Below are positions 27,060 to 36,833 of a DNA stretch of 54,832 nucleotides, one piece after another. The position numbers and the translations under genes are program-made. Positions within the stretch are counted from its first letter, which is position 1; every line of letters begins with the position of its first letter. The stretch spans positions 1 to 54,832 of the IMG/VR virus record IMGVR_UViG_3300037124_000029, one strand, 5' to 3'. The notes beneath the pieces were generated by a model. The model ran no database searches. It worked only from the letters and a program-made list of their open reading frames with translations, and had not been told where the DNA came from. The DNA is from a virus. Taxonomy: Duplodnaviria; Caudoviricetes.

Positions 27060-28631
27060 TCAATTTATTGTTATTTTAATTGAATTTATCAAAATGTCTA
27101 TCACATTATTGTATTCAAAATACAAATCTTGTGATGTAACAGTAAATGTTGTAGTTGATATTCCAGATGTAGTTATAGTAACAAGTACTGTTGTACCATT
27201 TATTACTCGCATATAACCACTACCGTCAACTGTTATTGCTTCAACATCGACTATAAGATCAAAACTTTCTCCTGCAGGTAAATCCCCCAAATACATATCT
27301 GTTTGACGCCCATTTACAACAATATTCCATTTTTCTGAATCTGGATTTGTCATAATTTCACTGCCTGTCAGATCTATTTGTCTAAAAGGAGGTGCATATG
27401 CAACAGGGTTAGATCTCATTAAATACATAGCCTCCATATTTGCTTCAAAAAATAATTCTGTAATATCCCAGGATACATTACCAATATACAATTCTCCATT
27501 TATTGTGATAGTTCCGGTATCCTCAAATGTAGATGGCCAGCTATATACACCATTGTTAAAATATGTAATATTACTTGGGTTTCCGCTTGTTGCTGAAAAA
27601 TCAGCTATGTCAACATCTTCAACAGGGTTATCGTTCACGTCCAAAACCCTTATGTACATTTCACGCCTTCCTCCTCCAAGATCTACGAAGCCTCCGTAAA
27701 CAATAGTGACAGGTAATTTTTCGTCCATCAACAAGAAATTAGTATCATTCATCAATAAAAAGTTGTCCCCAGTCATAAGTAAAAATCCTACACCTTCTTT
27801 TAGGGTGTATGTATATTTAAAAGCTTTACACCCTATATAAAGGCGGCTTTTTACAAATATAATTGCGGATGTAATTATATTATCAAAATTTGATAACGTG
27901 TAATAACCACCACTTGGAACAAAAGTACTAAAGTTTATGTAACCGTTAACCTTATCATAAATTGTTATTTCAGATGCGGTAATGCCTGATACTAATGTGC
28001 CAAGATATTTAACTGTCATGTAAATTGAAGCTTGGGAAAAAGAGAGTTCAATTGTAACAGGTAGCCTATCCATTTTTTTTACCGGCCAATCAACTTCTAC
28101 TTGATATCCATATGTGTTTAATTCGTCTGAATCAGCATGCTCAATAAATATTTCCGAATTACCTGCTTGGTTCTTTTGAGAAAACATAAAAGGTTCTGGC
28201 TCAAATGCCGACAGTTCAAAGCCGGTTATAATTCCATTTTTATTAACCGCCCTCAACATGTAATTAGTTGCATATATTGCGAATAATTTAGAGCTTGCCA
28301 GTTCGTTAACTAAAATGTGGTAAGACATCGCCCAATTGAATAAAGGTCTATGCCTGTACACACCCTTTTTGCTTTTCCAAGTAAAATCCTGCAATGAAGT
28401 GGTAAGTACGTTACTCTCATCTTCAGGGTTAAATTCTTCAATACCGTGAAGCGGGAATATGTTAAGGCCTAAATTATCGTACCAAAAATCCTGATCCTCA
28501 AATTCATCTTCTGTAAATGAAAATCCCTCCAAATGAACAAACAGGCTTTCGGGCGTGTGCATCGTCTCTAAATTGACAGAAGCGCCGCTTAGTGTGTCTG
28601 GTGGTGTTATATATAATTTGCCTACGCTCAT
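27060..28631 (-). CDS. Tail-tube paralogue with C-terminal extensions
   Basis: FEDQDFW...NIFPL..EE...TS...GVY aligns by eye to FQDEDKW...NIFPL..EE...TS...GKY of 25649..26536; triple FLLM repeat. Confidence 0.6.
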   Translation of the reverse strand: MSVGKLYITPPDTLSGASVNLETMHTPESLFVHLEGFSFTEDEFEDQDFWYDNLGLNIFPLHGIEEFNPEDESNVLTTSLQDFTWKSKKGVYRHRPLFNWAMSYHILVNELASSKLFAIYATNYMLRAVNKNGIITGFELSAFEPEPFMFSQKNQAGNSEIFIEHADSDELNTYGYQVEVDWPVKKMDRLPVTIELSFSQASIYMTVKYLGTLVSGITASEITIYDKVNGYINFSTFVPSGGYYTLSNFDNIITSAIIFVKSRLYIGCKAFKYTYTLKEGVGFLLMTGDNFLLMNDTNFLLMDEKLPVTIVYGGFVDLGGGRREMYIRVLDVNDNPVEDVDIADFSATSGNPSNITYFNNGVYSWPSTFEDTGTITINGELYIGNVSWDITELFFEANMEAMYLMRSNPVAYAPPFRQIDLTGSEIMTNPDSEKWNIVVNGRQTDMYLGDLPAGESFDLIVDVEAITVDGSGYMRVINGTTVLVTITTSGISTTTFTVTSQDLYFEYNNVIDILINSIKITIN

Positions 28632-29206
28632 TAACAGTTAGATGCTTGTTTATATACGTTTATATTTTCAGAAATTATTTCTATTCCGTCTAAGTAGTCA
28701 TTAAATATGACCCCAACATTCCCAAATATCTCCGAAGCCCCCCAGGAGTATCTGTCATATTTATCATGGGGCCACAAACTTCTAGGCTCAAATCCAAAAT
28801 ATTTATATTTTTTTACCTCTTCAATCAAGAGGTCGTAAATAGGGTAAAGTATCGGCTTAAAAGTATTGTTAGTCCGGTCTTGTGACGTATATTCTTTTTG
28901 CGTGGATGTTACTATTAACAATCTAGGGGCAAAAGTGTATTGATAGTTTACACTAGTTCCGTGCGTTTCTTTCTGATCAAGTATAAGGCAGATAAGCGGA
29001 TATTTGCGGAATTTATTGACATCGTTGTCATCCTTAGCAGTAAGTTTAGATAAAATATCTAAAATATGCCCATAATCAAAATATGGTTCAAGGTTGTTGG
29101 CCTCATCATATTTTGCTCTGACATTTGCCACTATTTCTTCAAACATATCAACGCTATATCTCATATGCCTAAATAATTTATTCTTTTTTGTGGCTCGAAT
29201 ATCCAA
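28631..29206 (-). CDS. Putative tail terminator/neck protein
   Basis: KYPLICL and RTNNTFKPILYPIY motifs; position. Confidence 0.55.
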   Translation of the reverse strand: MDIRATKKNKLFRHMRYSVDMFEEIVANVRAKYDEANNLEPYFDYGHILDILSKLTAKDDNDVNKFRKYPLICLILDQKETHGTSVNYQYTFAPRLLIVTSTQKEYTSQDRTNNTFKPILYPIYDLLIEEVKKYKYFGFEPRSLWPHDKYDRYSWGASEIFGNVGVIFNDYLDGIEIISENINVYKQASNC

Positions 29207-29763
29207 TTATTGAAATCATCTATTTTAGCTAATAGATAATTAAATGCAGATGGATTTGGGTTTTCATGCCTATAATTTGAACTGTCAAGATATGCTTGAT
29301 AGTTCGAAAGATTTTTAAAAGTAGTCCCGTACCATTCAAGCATATTATTCCAGGCCATTACCAACCTCATCCTTACATCTACGCTTTCGGAGTTTTCCGC
29401 CTTGGTTGATTTATGCCCAACAGTTGTAATCTGGGTGTTATTGAAATTTAGATAATTAAAATACACATAATACGCAATCAAAGATTTTTTAAGTTCCTTA
29501 TCTCGCAGGCCCGGCCATTTAGCATTAACCGTATAACCTTGGTATGTTTCAAAAGTAAACACATCTCCATCCACCAACTTTACAAACCTCTCGGTTTGCG
29601 GATCACCGTCAACAATATCATCGACTAATTCCGCATACAAAGGGTATCCTAACAATTTTATAAGGATTTCTTTTTCATATAAATCGATGTATCCTTGTAT
29701 ATTGTTAAGCATCTGTGAGGTCAAATTAACATCTCCGATGAAGTATGTATTATCTATAAGCAT
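29161..29763 (-). CDS. Head-tail adaptor protein
   Basis: MLIDNTYFIG...YEKEILIKLLG...SLIAYYVYF; follows the capsid genes. Confidence 0.6.
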   Translation of the reverse strand: MLIDNTYFIGDVNLTSQMLNNIQGYIDLYEKEILIKLLGYPLYAELVDDIVDGDPQTERFVKLVDGDVFTFETYQGYTVNAKWPGLRDKELKKSLIAYYVYFNYLNFNNTQITTVGHKSTKAENSESVDVRMRLVMAWNNMLEWYGTTFKNLSNYQAYLDSSNYRHENPNPSAFNYLLAKIDDFNNWIFEPQKRINYLGI

Positions 29764-30023
29764 TATGAAAGCTCTTTTAACTTTTTATTGTAAGCGTTAA
29801 CCACGACTTGCCTGGTATCGCCTTTGTATTTTTCGAGTTCCTTTATATTTGTTATGCCGGTTATTTCTTTTGCGGTTTCCTGCGCTGTTTGTTTTTTTTC
29901 TTCCAAATCTAAATTTTCACCGTCTTTTAATTTTGCGCCTACCTTATCTATAAGGTATTTAGCCTTTAAGGGCGAAACTTTATATTCAATGTTGTTTTTG
30001 CTTATTACGCAGACTTTTTTCAT
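29763..30023 (-). CDS. Small head-region protein
   Basis: 86-aa ORF after the capsid terminator. Confidence 0.6.
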   Translation of the reverse strand: MKKVCVISKNNIEYKVSPLKAKYLIDKVGAKLKDGENLDLEEKKQTAQETAKEITGITNIKELEKYKGDTRQVVVNAYNKKLKELS

Positions 30024-30040
30024 ATCGTAATTTTAAAGTA

Positions 30041-30074
30041 AAAGAAAAAGGAAGGAAGGGTATTCCCCTCCTCC
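30041..30074 (-). terminator. Rho-independent terminator after the capsid and signal-peptide genes
   Basis: GGAGGAGGGG-AATA-CCCTTCCTTCC then TTTTTCTTTT on the - strand. Confidence 0.75.
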
Positions 30075-30078
30075 GTTA

Positions 30079-30537
30079 TTAATTTTCCTTGGTGTAAAGA
30101 TAGAGTTTTGGCACTGTTACAGCAGTCCCGGACGTAATGAATTCATATTTTACGTAAGGGAACAAATAACTGTCAAAATGCAACACCTCGGTATCCAACC
30201 CATCGGCTGTAACCCCTGACACAGTTATGGTGCCTAATGTGGAATCGTAAGCAGCCCCATCTATAGATGCATAAGCGGTCAAAACACCTCCTGCGGTACC
30301 GCTAACATGATCTATGTAAAGTTGCTGCGAAAAATCTTGCTGCACATCACCTTTAACACGCAATGTGTACACTGCCGTATCAACATTTGTAAGGGTGTCA
30401 CTTGAACTTCCCCACAAGTACACATAAGAGGGCCCGTTAATAGTACCATCTGTGGCAACACTAGATACACGTGTTTGCGCTTCTAGATTAAAAGCGGCAA
30501 ACACCAATAAAGTAGACAATAATAGAATATTCTTCAT
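30079..30537 (-). CDS. Signal-peptide beta-rich protein at the capsid-decoration position
   Basis: MKNILLLSTLLVFAAFNLEA|Q; starts 2 bp after the MCP stop, before the terminator. Confidence 0.7.
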   Translation of the reverse strand: MKNILLLSTLLVFAAFNLEAQTRVSSVATDGTINGPSYVYLWGSSSDTLTNVDTAVYTLRVKGDVQQDFSQQLYIDHVSGTAGGVLTAYASIDGAAYDSTLGTITVSGVTADGLDTEVLHFDSYLFPYVKYEFITSGTAVTVPKLYLYTKEN

Positions 30538-30539
30538 AA

Positions 30540-31910
30540 TTATACAGATTTATCAATTACATCGATATCAGTATCCGGATCGCTTGAAACAATAATAGCT
30601 GCAGGTTTGCCAACGCCAAATGCAGCTCGCATTTCAAAGACAATTGTACGCATGCCTTCTGTCAAATCATCCCCATTAAGGCCGATTTCGAAATTAATGT
30701 CTTCGCGCATACCAATTTCAGCAGCTTCGTTCCACATTACTGTAACACGATCAACACCCTGCTTTTTATTCCGGATAACTGCAAGTTGATGAATACGAAC
30801 CAAACGGCCATCATTATCATAAATGATGCCCCGAGCTTGAAGATAGTTTTTGTCCGCATCTTTAAGGCTTTCGATTTCATCGATGCGTGATGGGTGTAGA
30901 ACTACTGCGTTAACATCTTGATCTGCAAGTGAAGCCTGCAATTTCATTTTACGAACCAGATCAACAACATTGGCCTCTTCAACGGAGCTTTCAAAAGATG
31001 CTGCTGTAAAGGCAGTGAAATTACCTGACACATACATACCCTTGATATCGCTTGAGTTATCACCTGTAGCTGAAAGTACTTTTTCGTCAAATTGACTCAT
31101 AATGCGATCCGGGGCAATCCGGTTGAGCTTGCTTTCAAGCCTATCCATATCGGCAAGCTGTTCTTTCGAAACCCTAAAGTGAGTGGCAATTGGAAATACT
31201 TTAAACTCTTCTGTTTTGAATTTCAAAGAAGATTTTGAACTTGCCGATCCTTCGGCTTTAGTTCCTGTACCATCTGTGTAATCATATTCAACAAGCACGC
31301 CCATGTATTTGTCAGATACAGGATCGGTAGGGATAAACGCAACAACATGATCATCCATGGATAGGTTGATCTGCACGTCACGCATTTTGTAATCGGTAAG
31401 GTAACCGATTGATACGCCAGGGGTTCCACCAGGATTCAGGGTGTTGCCAGTTGTCATGTCGATAGCGGCTTTATTAGAAAGCGATACCCGCATGTCTGAC
31501 CGATCATAACCTTTTATCATATAGGATTTACGCCCGGTTTTCGGATCTTCAACTTCTTCCAAAAGTTCCTTTTCCTCTAAGCTTTCACGGAGTAAAGTCC
31601 CAACACCTTTAAGTGTTTTTTCGTTGTTCTTGCTGCCTTTATCCTTAAGGTTTTTAATCTCAAGGTTAGCTTGCTTAAGCTCATCTGTGATAGCCTTAAG
31701 CTCATCTGCTAAAGCTTTAATGGATTCATTATCCTTTAAAGACTCGCTGATTTTTTTTTCCAATTCATTCAGGGATTTATCAAGGTCTTCTTTCTTAATA
31801 GATCCTTCTGCGGCTTTTGTAGCAAGGGCCTTAAATTCATCTTTAAACCCATTAATTGCCTTAGCCGCTTCCTCGTTAACTTTTTTTAACAATTCTGCTT
31901 CTTCTGCCAT
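30540..31910 (-). CDS. Major capsid protein (HK97 fold) with N-terminal scaffold/delta domain
   Basis: Coiled-coil first ~145 aa, KAEG, RVSKEQLAD, VVLHP, LKDADKNY, MRTIVFEMRAA. Confidence 0.9.
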   Translation of the reverse strand: MAEEAELLKKVNEEAAKAINGFKDEFKALATKAAEGSIKKEDLDKSLNELEKKISESLKDNESIKALADELKAITDELKQANLEIKNLKDKGSKNNEKTLKGVGTLLRESLEEKELLEEVEDPKTGRKSYMIKGYDRSDMRVSLSNKAAIDMTTGNTLNPGGTPGVSIGYLTDYKMRDVQINLSMDDHVVAFIPTDPVSDKYMGVLVEYDYTDGTGTKAEGSASSKSSLKFKTEEFKVFPIATHFRVSKEQLADMDRLESKLNRIAPDRIMSQFDEKVLSATGDNSSDIKGMYVSGNFTAFTAASFESSVEEANVVDLVRKMKLQASLADQDVNAVVLHPSRIDEIESLKDADKNYLQARGIIYDNDGRLVRIHQLAVIRNKKQGVDRVTVMWNEAAEIGMREDINFEIGLNGDDLTEGMRTIVFEMRAAFGVGKPAAIIVSSDPDTDIDVIDKSV

Positions 31911-31916
31911 TTTAAT

Positions 31917-32741
31917 TTACAATTTGAAGTTATTAATCAAATAATCATAGTCAAGAGTGCTTTCTTGCGGCTCTATATTTTTACCAGTGTCTATCGACGG
32001 CTGGTTTATTATTCCAGTTGCGTTGTTGCTTCCAAACAAAACCAGGCTGCTTTCCATCACGTTCACGGCTTGCTTGATGCCCCAAAAATATATTATCTCT
32101 TCATTAAAATCATCTTTATTTGCTATCAAAGAATACCACTTTTCGTAATTATCCCTATATTTTTTATCTTCTTTCGCATCAGATTTAACGGCAAAATCAA
32201 TATCTACGTACCGCATCCTCACGCTGGCTTCTATCGAATCCCCGCTTTCTAACCAGCTTTTTGCTTTTTCATGTATAATCTTGTCCTTTCTTACAACATA
32301 AATAAGAGCTTGTGTATCGCCTGAATAATTTTTACCTATAATCGAAAAAGGTATGGTCTTAATAACCATCTTGACATGTTCTTTTTTCGCTATAGTATTA
32401 TCTATACTCAATTGATGATCGGCAACAAGATAGTTTTTGCCCTGTTGTTCTTTTGTCGTTTTATTCCAGATGCCTTTTAGGTGTAAATCACTATGTGAAT
32501 CTAATATGAATGTAGAGTTAACGGCGATATTATAATAGCCTTCTGTGTTAAATTCTGCCTTTTCCGCTTCTGAATATAATTTAGAAGAATCAATGGGCTT
32601 GGTTGAAATACCCAACCCTTTTTCGCACGATTTATATATATTAGCTTTTTTAATGGCTATTAATTCCTCTCTATGATCAATCAAAGCCTTTATCATATCT
32701 TTGTTTCTGTCGAAATCGGCATTTAATTCATTACAGTGCAT
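31917..32741 (-). CDS. Prohead maturation protease (HK97/herpes-type)
   Basis: LDSHSD, VADH, EASVRM, ESSLVLFGSN; lies between portal and MCP. Confidence 0.75.
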   Translation of the reverse strand: MHCNELNADFDRNKDMIKALIDHREELIAIKKANIYKSCEKGLGISTKPIDSSKLYSEAEKAEFNTEGYYNIAVNSTFILDSHSDLHLKGIWNKTTKEQQGKNYLVADHQLSIDNTIAKKEHVKMVIKTIPFSIIGKNYSGDTQALIYVVRKDKIIHEKAKSWLESGDSIEASVRMRYVDIDFAVKSDAKEDKKYRDNYEKWYSLIANKDDFNEEIIYFWGIKQAVNVMESSLVLFGSNNATGIINQPSIDTGKNIEPQESTLDYDYLINNFKL

Positions 32742-32828
32742 ATCGTTTATTTTTTTTCTTTTAACACATCTTTATCCAGCAAAGCTTTCTTCGCTTCAAT
32801 CTTATCCCGCAGATCTTTACTTGTTATA

Positions 32829-34226
32829 TTATTCTTCTTTTCCATTATTCAACAATGTTAAATTATTAGTAATGATTGCCAAATCTTTATTGTCCATCTC
32901 TGTTATTCGCACATCTGCCCACTTTTCATTTATTTCAGCTTCACCTACAGCCCTCAACCAGGTGTTGTAGGTGCACGCACCAGAATAAAATAACTCCTTA
33001 TATACTTTGTTGTTATTTAACCTTGCGACAGAGGCGTTTTTTTTGTCCTCCTGCATAATGGGCAATTCATCAAAACAGGCAACATATTCATAATTGTAAT
33101 CACGCGTTTTGAGCCATCCGCTAAGGTCACTAAGCAAATCGCTCATTTCAGGTTCTGACGTATCCTGAATCATACGCCTTTCACTTGCCTCCTGATTTTC
33201 AAACGTAGCTCCTTGCAAGTAAAGCTTTACCAAAATTTCAGGCGTTTCGTATTTATGTGCAACTATCATCGCATCGCTGGCGATTTCTTCCAATAAACCA
33301 AGCTTCCTAACATCTTGATCTACCATTTGAGCTTTAACGGGTTGATTTGTTACAATAAATTGATTTTGCCCTTTCCTAAAGCCATATCCTTCATTCCCTT
33401 TAAAATCTCCTTGTAATTCTTCTTTCTCTTTAGGATCTAAAGGCACTCTACCTGTAGCATCCCCCATGTCGGAAGAAATAATTCCCCTCATTCCCCTATC
33501 TTGCGCAATAACGTTTCTGGATTCATACGCTATTTTAATGTTGCTCAATGGCATCGTTAAACTTAACAATCTAGATTTTCCCTCGATCAAATCATTGCCT
33601 TTATTCAACTGTATATTTGAATCTTTCCTGTGAAATATTTCATCTACATCAAAATTCTTTGTGTACGCATTCCATTGAAATTCCCATCCAGTAAATATGT
33701 CTTTTTTGGTTAAGGCATTGAAATAAGAGGTTTGCAAAGGCATTATAGGTTTCACATATTGAGGCCATACGGCCCACAATGATTCAATACTTTTTATATC
33801 CTTTTGCTTCAACGCGAAATTACCGTAAGCAAAGCTATTTCCAAATGTATCCTTAAAAATAGATTGAATGGTAAAAAACTCTTTTGTTGATTGTAAAGGA
33901 TTAGGATCTTTGACTAAGCTAAACATTTTACCTAATACCTTATCCTTCATCTTTTCTTTACGGAACTCACTGAACGATATTATTTCGCCTGTTTTAATAT
34001 TTTTTACTTTGATTTTCCCGCTTGTTAAATAACGGGCCCTCAAATCTGCTATTGCTGAATAAACGGGATTTTGGTAATACTCAAGCTCTAAAAGCCTTTT
34101 ATCTCTATTGTAGTTTGTAAACCGAGGCGTCCCACCTAAAACCATAGAGGCTAATGATGTCATGCCTATATTCCCGGTCAAAGCTTTTGCCGCTAAGCTT
34201 AATCTATGTCTAAGATTATTTATCAT
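32829..34226 (-). CDS. Portal protein (HK97-like)
   Basis: PNPLQST..F...FGNSF, GKSRL, ATFENQE; follows terL. Confidence 0.88.
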   Translation of the reverse strand: MINNLRHRLSLAAKALTGNIGMTSLASMVLGGTPRFTNYNRDKRLLELEYYQNPVYSAIADLRARYLTSGKIKVKNIKTGEIISFSEFRKEKMKDKVLGKMFSLVKDPNPLQSTKEFFTIQSIFKDTFGNSFAYGNFALKQKDIKSIESLWAVWPQYVKPIMPLQTSYFNALTKKDIFTGWEFQWNAYTKNFDVDEIFHRKDSNIQLNKGNDLIEGKSRLLSLTMPLSNIKIAYESRNVIAQDRGMRGIISSDMGDATGRVPLDPKEKEELQGDFKGNEGYGFRKGQNQFIVTNQPVKAQMVDQDVRKLGLLEEIASDAMIVAHKYETPEILVKLYLQGATFENQEASERRMIQDTSEPEMSDLLSDLSGWLKTRDYNYEYVACFDELPIMQEDKKNASVARLNNNKVYKELFYSGACTYNTWLRAVGEAEINEKWADVRITEMDNKDLAIITNNLTLLNNGKEE

Positions 34227-34227
34227 T

Positions 34228-34243
34228 TATATTTGCAAATATA
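34228..34243. promoter_or_regulatory. Perfect 16-bp palindrome made of two TATATTTG -7 boxes
   Basis: TATATTTGCAAATATA in the terL-portal gap. Confidence 0.55.
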
Positions 34244-34253
34244 TGCATTTTTT

Positions 34254-35657
34254 TTATATAGCAATAAAATGCGCTCTTCTTATCTCATTAGCCAGTCCAG
34301 CAAGAGCATCTGGAGCGTCGTCATCCTTTTTAGTGGTATGTGTCATCCTTTTTACTTGCCTCATAAATTTTTCATATTCCGGGTTTTCATGTTTTTCAGG
34401 AAAAAATACGTAATTCATTACAAACCCTGCTTGGGCAAATATCCTTGATATCTTATTCGTATGGTTATTTCTTCCCCTCAATGTACATGATGTTGTTTCT
34501 TTACGCAACTCTCTTATTATACCTAACCCGTCTTTATTTGTTTCAATATACATATAATCAATCCCGTGTTCTTCAATAAAAGCAAGAAGTCTTGGTTTAT
34601 TGGTATCCAAGCTATATTGGTTATGTATCACATCGATAGCATAAGCTTTATTGTTAATAACTTTTGTATATATACATGAGAAATAATCCGTGCCCTCATC
34701 TGCCGTATCTGCATAGGCTATTTTTATTCCTTCGTTATCATTGATGCTGCCATAATATTGAAGATTTGGAAATATCAGCCCTTCTTTAGGCTGGGGATTT
34801 TGCATGTACTGCGTTTCAAATACATGAGAAGTTTTTGGCGAATCCTTTAGCTCTATGATTTTCTCCATTGGCATCTTCCACTCCCATAAAGGTTTTTCAT
34901 TGTAGATTACCGGGTAAATCAAAAATTCTGCTTTTGGATTGTTTTTATATAGTTCCATGAAATATGCCGTCGCATCTTCTATCCCCGCCCGTTGTTGTAT
35001 ATTTATTATCGGGGTATCATAACTATTTTTACGGCTTATTATTGTATTTCCGATAACGCGCATAACCTTGTCATTTGTTGAGGTAAGGTTTTCAGCATCG
35101 TCAGTTTTATTTATATCGTCTAAAACAATGCACCCTTCAAAGTCCCTTATGTATTCCTCTAAATCCGGATCTATTTCTTTCATTTGACCCGCCCCGAATC
35201 CCGTTATCTGACCGAAAATAGTTGCTGTCTTTAATCCTCCTCCTTGGGTAGTACGCCATAGATTTTTTGCTTTCTGGTCTTTTTTCAACTCAACACCGTA
35301 CATGGCCTTGAAATGCTCATCGTTTATGATGTCACGTATCCTTGTTGATGTTTCGCTTCTCAACTCGTCCGAAGCAGTAATATAAAGCCAATTTGAGGAA
35401 GGGTTTTCACCTAATTTTTTCGCTATAAAATTTAGCACTAACTCTGTCTTGGAATGCCGGGGTGCAATAGAGATGTTCAAAAACTCTAGATCGTAATTAG
35501 CAACCCTTTCTAATTGTTCTTCAATATCGTAATGATGCCAATTTTTTACGAATTTAACGCCCCTTAAGCGTTTGAAAAAGTAACGCGTGAAAAATAATGG
35601 CTCCTTGTCACACTTTACCCTAGCGGTCTTTAACTTTTTTATTTCCCTTTCAGTCAT
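34254..35657 (-). CDS. terL: Terminase large subunit
   Basis: APRHSKT Walker A, ITGFGA, IVLDD Walker B, IQQR, QYMQNP, ADTA..G.DY, DDAPDA nuclease motifs. Confidence 0.93.
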   Translation of the reverse strand: MTEREIKKLKTARVKCDKEPLFFTRYFFKRLRGVKFVKNWHHYDIEEQLERVANYDLEFLNISIAPRHSKTELVLNFIAKKLGENPSSNWLYITASDELRSETSTRIRDIINDEHFKAMYGVELKKDQKAKNLWRTTQGGGLKTATIFGQITGFGAGQMKEIDPDLEEYIRDFEGCIVLDDINKTDDAENLTSTNDKVMRVIGNTIISRKNSYDTPIINIQQRAGIEDATAYFMELYKNNPKAEFLIYPVIYNEKPLWEWKMPMEKIIELKDSPKTSHVFETQYMQNPQPKEGLIFPNLQYYGSINDNEGIKIAYADTADEGTDYFSCIYTKVINNKAYAIDVIHNQYSLDTNKPRLLAFIEEHGIDYMYIETNKDGLGIIRELRKETTSCTLRGRNNHTNKISRIFAQAGFVMNYVFFPEKHENPEYEKFMRQVKRMTHTTKKDDDAPDALAGLANEIRRAHFIAI

Positions 35658-35662
35658 TGATA

Positions 35663-36250
35663 CTAAACTTCACTTTCTAATTCATCGCTTATTTCTTTTA
35701 TTTCTTCTGGGCTTGGTTTAGCATTAATATTTACAATTGTTCCCTCATGCTTTTCAGGTTCGTGGTATCCAAGCATTTTGTTTATTTCTGTCAAGGCCCC
35801 GAGCTTTGAGTGTAATTTAATCTTTACCTGTTCAATCTCTTTTTCTGAACCTTTATCTGTCTCAATATTTACTACCCTGGTCTCAATTGATTCTATAGCG
35901 CTTTTTTGTTCTTCCGGGATTTCCTCAAGCAGTTTCCGATCTATCCACGTGTTGTGAAACATAGCTATTGAGCAATAAGCAATATTAGAAAGCTCTTTTA
36001 GTTGCCTCAGCTTTGTTATTCCGGCCTCCTTTTCAATATCCTCCTTTATAAAGTCTATATATTGCTGAATTTGAGGTTTTTTCATGTTTTCTGCACCTGT
36101 CGCATAAGCCGTTTTTTTGCTATATCCTGCCTTTAATGCAGCCCTTGTATAATTCCAGTCTATTATGACTTCGTGACAAAAAATCTTCATTTTTTTTGTC
36201 ATTATTTTTTCTAGTTCTTTTTTAGAATACTTTACTGCTTTTTCATCCAT
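35663..36250 (-). CDS. terS: Terminase small subunit
   Basis: NYTRAALKAGYSKKTAYATGAENMKKPQI HTH; KIKLHSK..AL. Confidence 0.9.
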   Translation of the reverse strand: MDEKAVKYSKKELEKIMTKKMKIFCHEVIIDWNYTRAALKAGYSKKTAYATGAENMKKPQIQQYIDFIKEDIEKEAGITKLRQLKELSNIAYCSIAMFHNTWIDRKLLEEIPEEQKSAIESIETRVVNIETDKGSEKEIEQVKIKLHSKLGALTEINKMLGYHEPEKHEGTIVNINAKPSPEEIKEISDELESEV

Positions 36251-36495
36251 AACTTATTTTTGTTAGTCTTTTTTTTTCTTAATTCCCTCATAGTCGTATT
36301 AAATTCAGTTCTAATACTATCTATGTTTTTTTTCCTTTCAATAGCTTCGGTTCTCCAAGTCGACACTTCTTTAGAAGCTATCTTGTTGATTTTATCTAGT
36401 GACATATGTTATATGATACTTCTAATTTTTAAAAAAGATTCAATTTACTCTTATATGTAAGCTTATTATCGGTAATAACACAACACAAAGGTAAT

Positions 36496-36527
36496 AAAAA
36501 AGGCTGCTATGTTTATACAAGCAGCCT
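36496..36527 (-). terminator. Terminator before the packaging genes, adjacent to a TACCTTTG box (36486-36493)
   Basis: AGGCTGC/GCAGCCT stem plus U-tract on the - strand. Confidence 0.65.
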
Positions 36528-36588
36528 AATAATTGTTATACGTTGCATCTATTTACGTGTTAGTGTTCATTTGCCAATGCGCCTCTTT

Positions 36589-36807
36589 CTAATCTGGGGT
36601 AGTAATAGTTTTATTTTTCCCAAACACACCACCCATGTGTTTATATATCAGCAATAACATTTGTATTATTTCGTTAAATAAGCCACATACAAATCCAACC
36701 ACTACCGAAACTGGTAATGCTATTTCCCAGTTAAAACCAATCATCATTAGCGCAAATGTTGCAACCGTATAAATTGCCCAGGCTGTTAATCTCCATTTTC
36801 TACTCAT
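36589..36807 (-). CDS. Small membrane protein
   Basis: Two hydrophobic segments. Confidence 0.6.
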   Translation of the reverse strand: MSRKWRLTAWAIYTVATFALMMIGFNWEIALPVSVVVGFVCGLFNEIIQMLLLIYKHMGGVFGKNKTITTPD

Positions 36808-36833
36808 TTTATTATATTTTATATTTATTATCG

